61,238 nt of DNA, taken from contig NC_068989.1 of NCBI RefSeq assembly GCF_001194135.2, positions 83,529,332 through 83,590,569 on the forward strand. Reading direction: 5' to 3'. The position numbers were made by a program, and so were the translations under genes. The DNA comes from Octopus bimaculoides. Its lineage: Eukaryota. Shown here in pieces: positions 1 to 9,875 of the stretch. Positions within the stretch are counted from its first letter, which is position 1. Every line of letters begins with the position of its first letter. Under the pieces are notes generated by a model. It was not told where the DNA came from. It ran no database searches and saw nothing but the letters and a program-made list of their open reading frames with translations.

Positions 1-210
1 ATACATACATGCATATATATATATACACATACATACATGCATATATATATATACACATACATACATGCATATATATATATACACATACATACATGCATAT
101 ATATATATACACATACATACATGCATATATATATATATACACATACATACATGCATATATATATATACACATACATACATGCATATATATATATACACAT
201 ACATACATAG
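1..210. repeat. Tandem ~30-bp minisatellite (ATACATACATGCATATATATATATACACAC)n
   Basis: About 7 near-identical units, differing only in (TA)n length. Confidence 0.9.
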
Positions 211-716
211 GTATGTGTATGTATATATACATACACACAAACATGTATACGTAGGTGCGTTTGCAAACATACACACACACACCACACACACACACACACA
301 CACATATATAGGGAGAGGGAGAAAGATGTATGTATGTATGTATGCACGTATGTATGTTTATGCAACAGCAGCCAGAACTACAACAGTATCATCAATATGC
401 TATATCTATTTACTCACTACTATAAACGCTGCACTTCAGAGTGACACGTGTGTTTTGGAACCCACAAAACCCTTCTACTATCGACACCACAACTCCACCA
501 CATCTCACTCTCCCTCCTCCCCTCTCTCTCTCTCTCTCTCTTTCAATCTCTTTCTTTCTTTCTCTCGCACATTAAAACCCTCCGTCTTCTTTTCATATAA
601 ACATCAAAGATGAAGTGTTATGTTTGATATGCGAAGAAACATCGGTGTTGTCATAGAGACACATCCTTGAATGGCTCGTGGAACACATACACACGCACAT
701 ACATAAATGTGTGTGT

Positions 717-766
<50 letters not shown>

Positions 767-1317
767 NNNNNNNNNNNNNNNNNNNNNNNNNNNNNNNNNN
801 NNNNNNNNNNNNNNNNNNNNNNNNNNNNNNNNNNNNNNNNNNNNNNNNNNNNNNNNNNNNNNNNNNNNNNNNNNNNNNNNNNNNNNNNNNNNNNNNNNNN
901 NNNNNNNNNNNNNNNNNNNNNNNNNNNNNNNNNNNNNNNNNNNNNNNNNNNNNNNNNNNNNNNNNNNNNNNNNNNNNNNNNNNNNNNNNNNNNNNNNNNN
1001 NNNNNNNNNNNNNNNNNNNNNNNNNNNNNNNNNNNNNNNNNNNNNNNNNNNNNNNNNNNNNNNNNNNNNNNNNNNNNNNNNNNNNNNNNNNNNNNNNNNN
1101 NNNNNNNNNNNNNNNNNNNNNNNNNNNNNNNNNNNNNNNNNNNNNNNNNNNNNNNNNNNNNNNNNNNNNNNNNNNNNNNNNNNNNNNNNNNNNNNNNNNN
1201 NNNNNNNNNNNNNNNNNNNNNNNNNNNNNNNNNNNNNNNNNNNNNNNNNNNNNNNNNNNNNNNNNNNNNNNNNNNNNNNNNNNNNNNNNNNNNNNNNNTA
1301 TATATATATATATATAT

Positions 1318-1480
1318 ACGACGGGCTTCTGTCAGTTTCCGTCTACCAAATCCACTCACAAGGCTTTGGTCGGCCCGAAGCTATAGTAGAAGACACTTGT
1401 CCAAGGTGCCACGCAGTGGGACTGAACCCGGAACCATGCGATTGGGAAGCAAGGTTCTTGCCACACAGCCACGCCTGCGC
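1318..1480 (-). mobile_element. SINE family S1, head and core
   Basis: Reverse complement reads GCGCAGGCGTGGCTGTGTGG...GGGTTCAGTCCCACTGCGTGGCACCTTGGACAAGTGTCTTCTACTATAG...AGAAGCCCGTCGT. It has Pol III A/B-box-like motifs, and more than 10 homologues occur in the window. Confidence 0.85.
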
Positions 1481-1783
1481 TTATATATATATATATATAT
1501 ATATAAGCAACGTGAGAATATTTAAATATTCCACATAGGAATATTCAATAAACATTTATTTCCTCGTGTTGTGTAAAGAGACCCTGATTCATTTATCCCC
1601 CACATTGCTGATGTTGTACTCTAGTATTATACACACAAACGTTTGTGTGTGTGCGTTTGTATTTGCGTGTGTGTTTGACATTTAGAATAATCTATTGACC
1701 GATTTTAAACATTATATTTAGTGTGCATAAGAAATTCGGCACGAATGTATTTCTGCATCAATATCCGCCAACGTACAGACACG

Positions 1784-1820
<37 letters not shown>

Positions 1821-2639
1821 TATGTATTTTAATAATGTATATTTTATGATCGTAATGCAAAACTGTAAAACCTTAAACAAGCAGTTGGATTAATCTAAAA
1901 CGTTAATAAAACCTTAAAAATTCAAATTTTAATCAATTTTAAAGAAAATTTTGCTTTATTATTCCTCACAGCCGCCATCTTCGCTAAAAATCCACAGCTA
2001 ATTCTCTATAGCTCATAATGATGACGATCGCTTTCATCTTACTTCTTGTCTCCATCTTTAAAATTTTAATGACATTTCTTCCACTTCCGGCCACCACTGT
2101 ATTTCATTGCCACCATAATATATTTTTAGAAATTATACTCTTAAGGAAACGAAGAAAATATTGTCCACTTGTTGCAAGAACATTCCAAATGTTCTCATAT
2201 TTCATAATTTTATAGCGTTCAATTTTTTTCTGATATTTAAATCTTGAAATATTTAAAAATTGTTTCACTATTTTACCCCGACTCTTTTTCGTATTTTCGG
2301 TGAATATGCGTATCCTATTGGTTAGTGTGTTGGTCTTGCTATTGTTCAATTCTCGTAACAGGCACTAAGTTTCACATCGACACAGTATACTCAACCGTAA
2401 TTGAATATCATTAGCACGTGGTGTTAAATTTGCGACACACTGGCATCCCATTCGGTCGGGAATCCAGATAAGTTCCTGTTTTATGAATTTGTTCGCTCTT
2501 AACAGAATCTTCATATTTCACTATTTTATAAATCCCAAAAGCCTACTTAAACCATTTTTGTGGAGAGACAGACGGGTGAAAAACAGCTAAGCATTTTTTT
2601 TCCGGCCTGCTAACGATTCTACCAACTCACCGCCTTAAT

Positions 2640-3230
2640 AATAATAATAATAATAATAATCCTTTCTACTAAAGGCACGACGTCTGAAATTTTGAGAGAA
2701 GGGGCTAATCGATTATATCGACCCCAATGCCTAACTGGCACTTATATCATTGACCCCGAAACGATGAAAGGAAAAGTCGACGTAGACTGAATTTGCACTC
2801 AGAACGCAAAGACGGACGTAATACCTAATAATAATAATGGTTTCAAATTTTAGCACAAGGCCAACAATTTTGGGGGAGGGGATGAGTCGATAACATCAAC
2901 CCCAGTGTTTAACTGGTACTTATTTTATGAACCCTGAAAGAATGAAAGGTAAAGTCAACCTCGGCGAAATTTAAACTCAGAACGTATCGTCGGACGCCTT
3001 TAATAATAATAACCCTTTCTACTATAGGCACAAGGCCTCAAATTTGTTGGCGGGGGGGGGGGGCTAATCAATTACATCGACCACAGTGTTTCACTGGTGC
3101 TTATTTATTGAGCCCGAAAGGATGGAAAGCAAAGTCGACCTCGGCTGAATTTGAACTCAGAACGTAAGAACGGACAAAATGTCGCTAAGTATTTTACCTG
3201 GCATCTTAATAATTCTGCCACTTCGATACC
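2640..3230 (-). mobile_element. Three head-to-tail copies of SINE family S6 separated by (TAA)n tails
   Basis: The core GAAAGG..AAAGTCGACCTCGGC..ATTTGAACTCAGAACG recurs at ~2760-2820, ~2935-2990 and ~3115-3180, each preceded by (AAT)n. Confidence 0.85.
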
Positions 3231-3640
3231 TGGTCATTTGGCTACCATTGATGCTGCTACACCGACTATGACAAACCTCTTACAGTAAAACATAATTTAT
3301 CCACATTCGGTTTGTATTGGAAACTGGGCCACATGGCGATCTAGTAGTGGGAGGTATGAGTGTAAAGGGAGTTGTAGTGGTGGCTGTTGCCGACGCTATT
3401 CTTGACATTATTATTCATATCTGCGTGTGTAAGTGACATGTGTCAGTAGCAACAATCTACACATCCTTGACTTTTGTCTACTTTCACTATCACCTGTCTC
3501 CCTTCACACAGAGTTGGCTGCTGCGTCGGCGACGCGGTGGTGGTCTTAGAGTGAGGAAATAGTAGTAATGATGGCAGTGGTGTTGGTCTTAGTGTATCTG
3601 GTAGTAGTGGTGGGGAAGATATGCTATTGTTCAATATATG

Positions 3641-3852
3641 CGTTAGCACGCCGGGCGAAATGCTTAGCAGTATTTCGTCTGCCGTTACGTTCTGAATCCA
3701 AATTCTGCCGAGGTCGATTTTGCCTTTCATCCTCTCGGGGTCAATTAAATAAGTACCATTTACACACTTGGGTCAATGTAATCGACTAATCCCTTTGTCT
3801 ATTTTTATTTGTCCCCTCTATGTTTAGCTCCCTGTTGGCAATAAAGAAATAA
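3641..3852 (+). mobile_element. SINE family S6 with tail type A
   Basis: CGTTAGCACGCCGGGCGAAATGCTTAGC...GGTCGATTTTGCCTTTCATCC...GGCAATAAAGAAATAA. Matches 17830-18060 and 61025-61200 in the reverse orientation. Confidence 0.85.
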
Positions 3853-3877
3853 ATATATGCGTTTCTATGATTTTTGT

Positions 3878-4166
3878 TTGTTGTTCGTTCCTTCTCGAGT
3901 CATAAGGGCCAGTTTCCCGGTTTCATTGGCGTATAGGTCCCCCACCTGGACGGGACGCCGGTCCATCACAGGTGAGCTGCAGGAGGAAAGAGTGAAAGAA
4001 AGTTGTGGCGAAAGAATCAGCAGAAGTTCGCCATTACCTTCTGCTGGAGTCGCGTGGAGCTTAGGTATTTCGCTCATAAACACACACGTCGCCCAGTCTG
4101 AGATTCGAACCCGCGATCCCTCGACCACGAGTCCGCTGCTCTAACCACTAGGTCATGTGCCTCCAC
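3878..4166 (-). mobile_element. tRNA-derived SINE family S4
   Basis: Head GGAGGCACATGACCTAGTGGTTAGAGCAGCGGACTCGTGG...GGTTCGAATCTC has A and B boxes. The body is shared with 25720-25917; the tail is distinct (CTGTGATGGACCGGCGTCCCGTCCAGG...GAAACCGGG). Confidence 0.85.
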
Positions 4167-4269
4167 GTTTCTATGGATGCTATGCATTTATTACTGCAGC
4201 ATATAAATGATTAATTCCGTATTATGAAACAACACCAAACACTAACTAACGTACTACTAATCGTATTTT

Positions 4270-4400
4270 CAAACCTATGTTATGTACAAGCCGCTGCAAT
4301 TTCTCGAATGGAGTATCTCAGGGCGCCATCTTCTCAGCCACTCTTCTCAACTTTTACTAACACGATCACTTCACATCACCACAAAGCTTATATCTGGAAA
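4270..4400 (+). pseudogene. Decayed non-LTR (LINE) reverse transcriptase fragment
   Basis: 4307-4366 translates NGVSQGAIFSATLLNFY*HD, resembling the conserved RT motif GVPQGSVLSPxLFNxY. It contains an in-frame stop. Confidence 0.55.
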
Positions 4401-5939
4401 TCACGTTACTCTCACATCTTCCCATTGCATTCTTCTCAGACACTTCTATAACATGTAATGGCGCATGAGTAAACCCGTCGTTTGTCTCGAAATAAACAAC
4501 TGAGAAAAATGAGGTCAACATCAATACTAAATATTTACATCCTAGTTGTAGCAAATGACAATAGCTTGAATACAAGGAGTCCTACCCATTTTATGAATGA
4601 GGAAAGGCTAAAGTTGTGAAAAGTCTTTGGTTCTGTGATGTGTCTCAACTTCAAACAGTTTTCTTGAAAAGGCCTATTTCCTGAGCGGCGCCTGCTTATC
4701 TGAGAAAAATAACCTATCTCGATCAAATATTAAGATATTTGAAAAATTTAAAGCGTTCTGAAATCTGTAAACTATTCTCTTTCTAAATTAAACGTAAAAC
4801 AATTTTTTTTTTATCAAGTTAATTGTTTTCCCTTGCGCCATCATACTTATCCGAATAAAGTAAATTACCTCGAAAAAATAACCTTACTAAAAAATAAGAA
4901 AGGTTTACGATAATGGTAGCGTCATGTTGATGGGTCAACCATGTGCATGCCATAATATCACAGCTGGCCTGGGGCTACAAAACACTAAAAGCAATTATAT
5001 CGTCATTTACAAAAAAATAAACAAAATGGCTGACTCAGTCTCACGGACGAAGTTTTTACGCTAATACAGAGAGAGTTGGGGTTTCAGCCTCACTTTCGTC
5101 ATCTTCAGTTTGGTGTTTTTGGCAAGACAGTAAAATGATATAATCTCTCTGTATGTGTAACAACACTTGGCAACAACAACTGCAACAATAACAGCTCAAG
5201 CAAATTTCAAATAAAAACGAGGAAGAACTCGAATTGTCGCAATAAACTGGGTTAAGTGTTTGACCTAATTTTGAGGCAAACAGTACCCTTCACCTGCCAC
5301 AGCTCCTTCCCCTACCAAAGACCTTCCCTAGCCACAGCTCTACTCCCTTGCCATGGACCCCTCCTCTGCCACAGGCCTCTCTCTTCCACAACTCCCATCC
5401 TCTCTCACAACCCCCATTCTCTCCCACAACTCCCCATCTGTTTTTTCAGTTCGTTATTGATTCGTTTTTTAAGTTGGGAATTAAATTTTTTTTTTTAAAT
5501 TAACTAAATTCTTTCATGCAGATAAGATTATTTAAGAAATGAGAATATCAACTCCATATACATACACACCCATAGTTATATACACTCTTATACATATACA
5601 TACACGCATACATGCGCCCGTACATACGTAGATACATATGTGCATATGTACATGAATGTATGCATATAAACTGATGCATACATACATACATACATACATA
5701 CATAACTATACATAACTATGTATTCAGGAAAAAAAAATAGGAATGGAATAGGTGGGGAAGGTGTGGAATTTGGTAGAGAATGTCGCATGTCATGACGAGT
5801 TTAAATAGATTTTCAGGTTTGCTATGACATGAACGGAACCACATGACGTCTGACGTTGAATCTCCATGTGTGTGTGTGAGAGAGAGAAACAGCAAGAGAG
5901 AACGAGGGGCAATGAAAAGCATTAACCTCCAGAAAAAAA

Positions 5940-5984
<45 letters not shown>

Positions 5985-6402
5985 NNNNNNNNNNNNNNNN
6001 NNNNNNNNNNNNNNNNNNNNNNNNNNNNNNNNNNNNNNNNNNNNNNNNNNNNNNNNNNNNNNNNNNNNNNNNNNNNNNNNNNNNNNNNNNNNNNNNNNNN
6101 NNNNNNNNNNNNNNNNNNNNNNNNNNNNNNNNNNNNNNNNNNNNNNNNNNNNNNNNNNNNNNNNNNNNNNNNNNNNNNNNNNNNNNNNNNNNNNNNNNNN
6201 NNNNNNNNNNNNNNNNNNNNNNNNNNNNNNNNNNNNNNNNNNNNNNNNNNNNNNNNNNNNNNNNNNNNNNNNNNNNNNNNNNNNNNNNNNNNNNNNNNNN
6301 NNNNNNNNNNNNNNNNNNNNNNNNNNNNNNNNNNNNNNNNNNNNNNNNNNNNNNNNNNNNNNNNNNNNNNNNNNNNNNNNNNNNNNNNNNNNNNNNNNNN
6401 NN

Positions 6403-6575
6403 ATAAAAACTCAAAATAAGCAACAAGGATATCCAGAGTGAATGCAGTACGATCGTTTCATGCGACTCCATTTATTTAAGCAATGTGAACATTACATCAA
6501 ATGTAAAATGCAGAGCAATCCTCAGCTGAACAAAGATATCCTTTGGATATCCTTGTTGCTGATTTTGATTTTAAT
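6403..6575. mobile_element. Small MITE-like element with ~35-bp terminal inverted repeats
   Basis: AAAATAAGCAACAAGGATATCCA near 6413 and TGGATATCCTTGTTGCTGATTTT near 6544 are reverse complements at 22/23. The left end abuts an N gap. Confidence 0.6.
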
Positions 6576-6662
6576 CACCTTATTTTGAAATTGTACGGAT
6601 AATACCATACTTAATTCTGGTGCCTAAACTTAAGTACCATATTCACCTTGAATCTATCTATC

Positions 6663-6702
<40 letters not shown>

Positions 6703-6859
6703 TAACAAAGGTTCAAAGAAGTGAGAGTCGACATATTTATTCCATGTTTACAGCTGTTTCGCAATCGGCATGTATACAGAGCTCATTATCAATTCTGTTT
6801 GATTCTTTGAATCTCTATTCTTGTACACACACATACACACACGTGTGTGTGTATGTGAC

Positions 6860-6908
<49 letters not shown>

Positions 6909-7503
6909 GAGCATATATAATTCTATTAACATTCAATGTTAACAGATCTTTCTCATCCGACTCCATTCACATATATGTGGTCTTCATTGACGTTGTTTAG
7001 AACCGGTTGTTTAGAACCGGTTGAATCTAGATCTTCGCTGAAAGGCATTCCAGCCACAACAATCTTTTTTGTAATATAGGTATTTATGTTTACATGTGTC
7101 GTTTTTATGCAAAAGACACTGGAGCGTGATTAGAGTGAGAGCGTTGCTATTTCTAGCGGGCTGTGAGGCTTTAGCTATTTTAACGGTGGAATCAATGTAG
7201 TAGTTTCGAAGTATGTAGACCTCACAGGATAGTTTATTATTCACAACAGTAAGAAACAGCAAAAGCAGAAACTCAATGCTTTTGATAAAGAAAGCTTCCG
7301 CCTGTAAAACTAGCGTCCTAGTCAATGTATTGTGAATTATCTTGCATTTTCTGAATAGTAAAATAACCAGAGAAAACCACCTGGTATTTGGAATTCTGCA
7401 CTTGGAAACTAAATTCCCTGACAAATTTGTTAATCCAGCCAAACAGTTGCTGTTTTATATTATTTACATTTAACGGATATTTGTCCTCATCTTGTTTGTT
7501 GTT

Positions 7504-7549
7504 AACACAACGTTTCGGCTGATATACCCTCCAGCCTTCATCAGGTGTC
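7504..7549 (-). ncRNA. Minimal type I hammerhead ribozyme, core intact
   Basis: Minus strand reads GACAC-CUGAUGA-A-GGCUG(GAGGGUAUAU)CAGCC-GAAAC-GUU-GUGUU. Stem I is GACAC/GUGUU and stem II is GGCUG/CAGCC. Stem III is reduced to the palindrome AACGUU. Predicted cleavage falls between 7509 and 7508. Confidence 0.75.
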
Positions 7550-7806
7550 TTGGGGAAATTTCGAACCTGGGTTCTCATTCCTAAGGTATTTTTCGATGTT
7601 GTTATTATTATCATTTTTATATTATTATTCAGGTTACTGCCTGAAATCGAACTCGAAATCTTGGGGTTAGTAGCCAGTGATCTTAACCACTACGCCATAT
7701 TCCTGTGGGTAAAGCCCACGAACATATGGCGTAGTGGTTAAGAGCACGGGGGCTACTAACCCCAAGATTTCGAGTTCGATTCCAGGCAGTGACCTGAATA
7801 ATAATA

Positions 7807-7844
<38 letters not shown>

Positions 7845-7898
7845 AACAACATCGAAAAATACCTTAGGAATGAGAACCCAGGTTCGAAATTTTCCCGA

Positions 7899-7944
7899 GA
7901 CACCTGATAAAGGCTGGAGGGTATATCAGCCGAAACGTTGTGTT
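7899..7944 (+). ncRNA. Minimal type I hammerhead ribozyme with G8A core mutation (likely impaired)
   Basis: Identical to the minus-strand copy except CTGATAA in place of CTGATGA (A at 7909). Confidence 0.65.
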
Positions 7945-8044
7945 AACGAGAAAGAGAGAGAGAGAGGTGGGGAGGGGAAGATGTGACACCAGTTGTTGGG
8001 TGGTATTTTATTTATGGACTAAGATAATCCTAATTGAAACAAGT

Positions 8045-8480
8045 CCTGAAATATTGAGGAATGAGCAGGGTTAGTCGATTATATCGCCCTCAGTGCATAA
8101 CTGGTACTTATTTCATCGACCCCCGAAATGAGGAAAGGTGAAGTGGACTTCGATGGAATTTGAACTCAGAACTTTAAGATGCCTAAAATACTGCCAAGCC
8201 TTTTGTCCGACGCACTAAAGACTCTGCCATCTCGCTGCTCTTCTTATGATCTAAATAATGAAATGTAGAGCTTTGAGGCAGTGTGCTGGCGGAATCGTTA
8301 GCGCACCGGGCAGAATACTTAGTGCATTTCGCCCATCTTTACGTTCTGAGTTCAAATTCCGCCGAGGTAGACTCTGCCTTTCATCCCTTTAGAGTCGATA
8401 AAATAATTACCAGTTGAGTACTGGGGTCGATGTAATTGACTTAACGCCACACCGAAATGTCTAGCGTTGTGCCAAAATTT
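8045..8480. mobile_element. Two oppositely oriented S6 SINE copies (~8045-8240 minus; ~8270-8480 plus)
   Basis: The S6 core is present in both orientations, with the heads facing each other. Confidence 0.75.
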
Positions 8481-9268
8481 GAAATCAATGAACGGCAGAG
8501 CTGATCTGTTACTATTCGAACGCGGAACGCTGTGATTCGGAAAAAATATCGCTTGACATTCCGTCCAACGTTCCGATGATCCTATCATTTCGGTATCTAA
8601 CACAAGAAAGAAGCCCTTTCATGAATCACAAGACATGGGACTGCATACAGCAAAAGCATAACATCTAGTTGTCTCAAAAGCGACAGCCACCAACGTAGGC
8701 AGCGCAGATACAAGATTAAAACGAACAGCGATATAATTTATCATGGCAAGATAATCACTATTTCTAGCTTATTGCAGTTTCGGTTACGGAGAAGGAAAAA
8801 AAATGATGGTAATATATACATTATCACATGGTAGAGATATCACATAGATGAGATACAGTTTATATATATGAGTGTATCATGTTATAAAGTTGTAATGGAT
8901 ATATTATGCATATTATCTCAAATATATATTTATCATATGTAAGGTTGTTTTAAAGTTATTTGATACGTAAATATATATATATATATATACTATATATATA
9001 ATCATTTATTCTCTATTTATAATGTGGATAGGATTTTTCTATTCACGTTTCTTCTGAAGAAAATTAATCGGTTAAAATATCTGTCACATGTTTGGAGAGA
9101 AACATAATACGGTTTGAAAATGGAAAGCAAACGTATATGAGAAAGAAACGAGAAAAAGGTGAGGATAAACGAGGGGAAAGAGGGGAAATGTAAGTGAATA
9201 TACGATTATATTTCTGGAAGACCTGTAAAGTGTCATGGCTACATTATTGTAAGAGATGTGTGTGTGTA

Positions 9269-9796
9269 CAGGGTGATCATAAAGTCATGGTGCAATTTAA
9301 AATACTTGTATCTTCATAGCTATACATCATAAAATTAATCTGTAAGAGGCATAAGAATGAGCTAAATATTTTATTCATCTTGTTAATTTTCAACATGTCC
9401 ACCATCGTTACTAATACAAAGAGAAGTACGACTCTGTAGTTTTCGGAAAACATTTCCCGGCTGATTTTCAGTGATACTTTCAATCACCTCAATTATCCTT
9501 ACTTTCAAGTCTTCTAAAGATCGAGGCTTAGTTGTATAAACAATAGTTTTCACGTGGCCTCATAAAAATACAAATCCAATGGAGTCAAATCTGGTGAACG
9601 TAGAGGCCAAAATAATGGTCCACTTCTTCCAACCTTCTTGTGAAGGATGTCTCATTTAGAAACTGCCTAACTTGCAGAGCAAACTGCCAAGGTTCACCAT
9701 CTTGCTGACAAACTGTATTCTCTAGCAATTCTAATTGTTCAAGCTTAAGAATGAAGTAATTTTGTAGCATTGCACCATGACTTTATGGACGCCCTT
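9269..9796 (-). mobile_element. Internally deleted Tc1/mariner element with both TIRs and only the transposase C-terminus
   Basis: TIRs are CAGGGTGATCATAAAGTCATGGTGCAA (9269, preceded by TA) and TTGCACCATGACTTTATGGACGCCCT (9770-9795). With frameshifts the minus strand gives QQDGEP..QVRQFLNE..GPLFWPLRSPDLTPLD..KPRSLEDLKVRI..GGHVEN*. Confidence 0.85.
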
Positions 9797-9875
9797 TGTG
9801 TGNNNNNNNNNNNNNNNNNNNNNNNNNNNNNNNNNNNNNNNNNNNNNNNNNNNNNNNNNNNNNNNNNNNNNNNNN

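Larger units (their letters stand above)
7501..7947. mobile_element. Palindromic dimer of a tRNA-headed, hammerhead-tailed retroposon (arms 7501-7700 and 7724-7947)
   Basis: The arms are reverse complements around a central GTGGG-TAAAG-CCCAC hairpin. Reading outward, each arm is ATATGGCGTAGTGGTTAAG (A box), GAGTTCGATT(C/T)C (B box), (AAT/GAT)n, then GACACCTGAT(G/A)AAGGCTGGAGGGTATATCAGCCGAAACGTTGTGTTAAC. Confidence 0.85.

Noticed and set aside
2640-3230. CRISPR-like repeat-spacer appearance of the tandem S6 copies
   Set aside because: Eukaryotic context; the units are ~190-bp homologous SINEs without unique spacers or cas genes.
5085-5125. Minus-strand CTGAAGA...GAAA...GAAAC
   Set aside because: No stem II pairing and no NUH cleavage triplet.
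6745-6792. Minus-strand GCGAAACAGCTGTA with palindromic stem III and upstream TTGATAA
   Set aside because: Reminiscent of Penelope hammerheads, but with two core mismatches and no stem I or stem II pairing; too weak to call.
7724-7800. tRNA gene calls for the SINE and palindrome heads
   Set aside because: A/B boxes are present but the acceptor stems do not close; these are tRNA-derived heads, not tRNA genes, and the parent isotype could not be fixed by eye.
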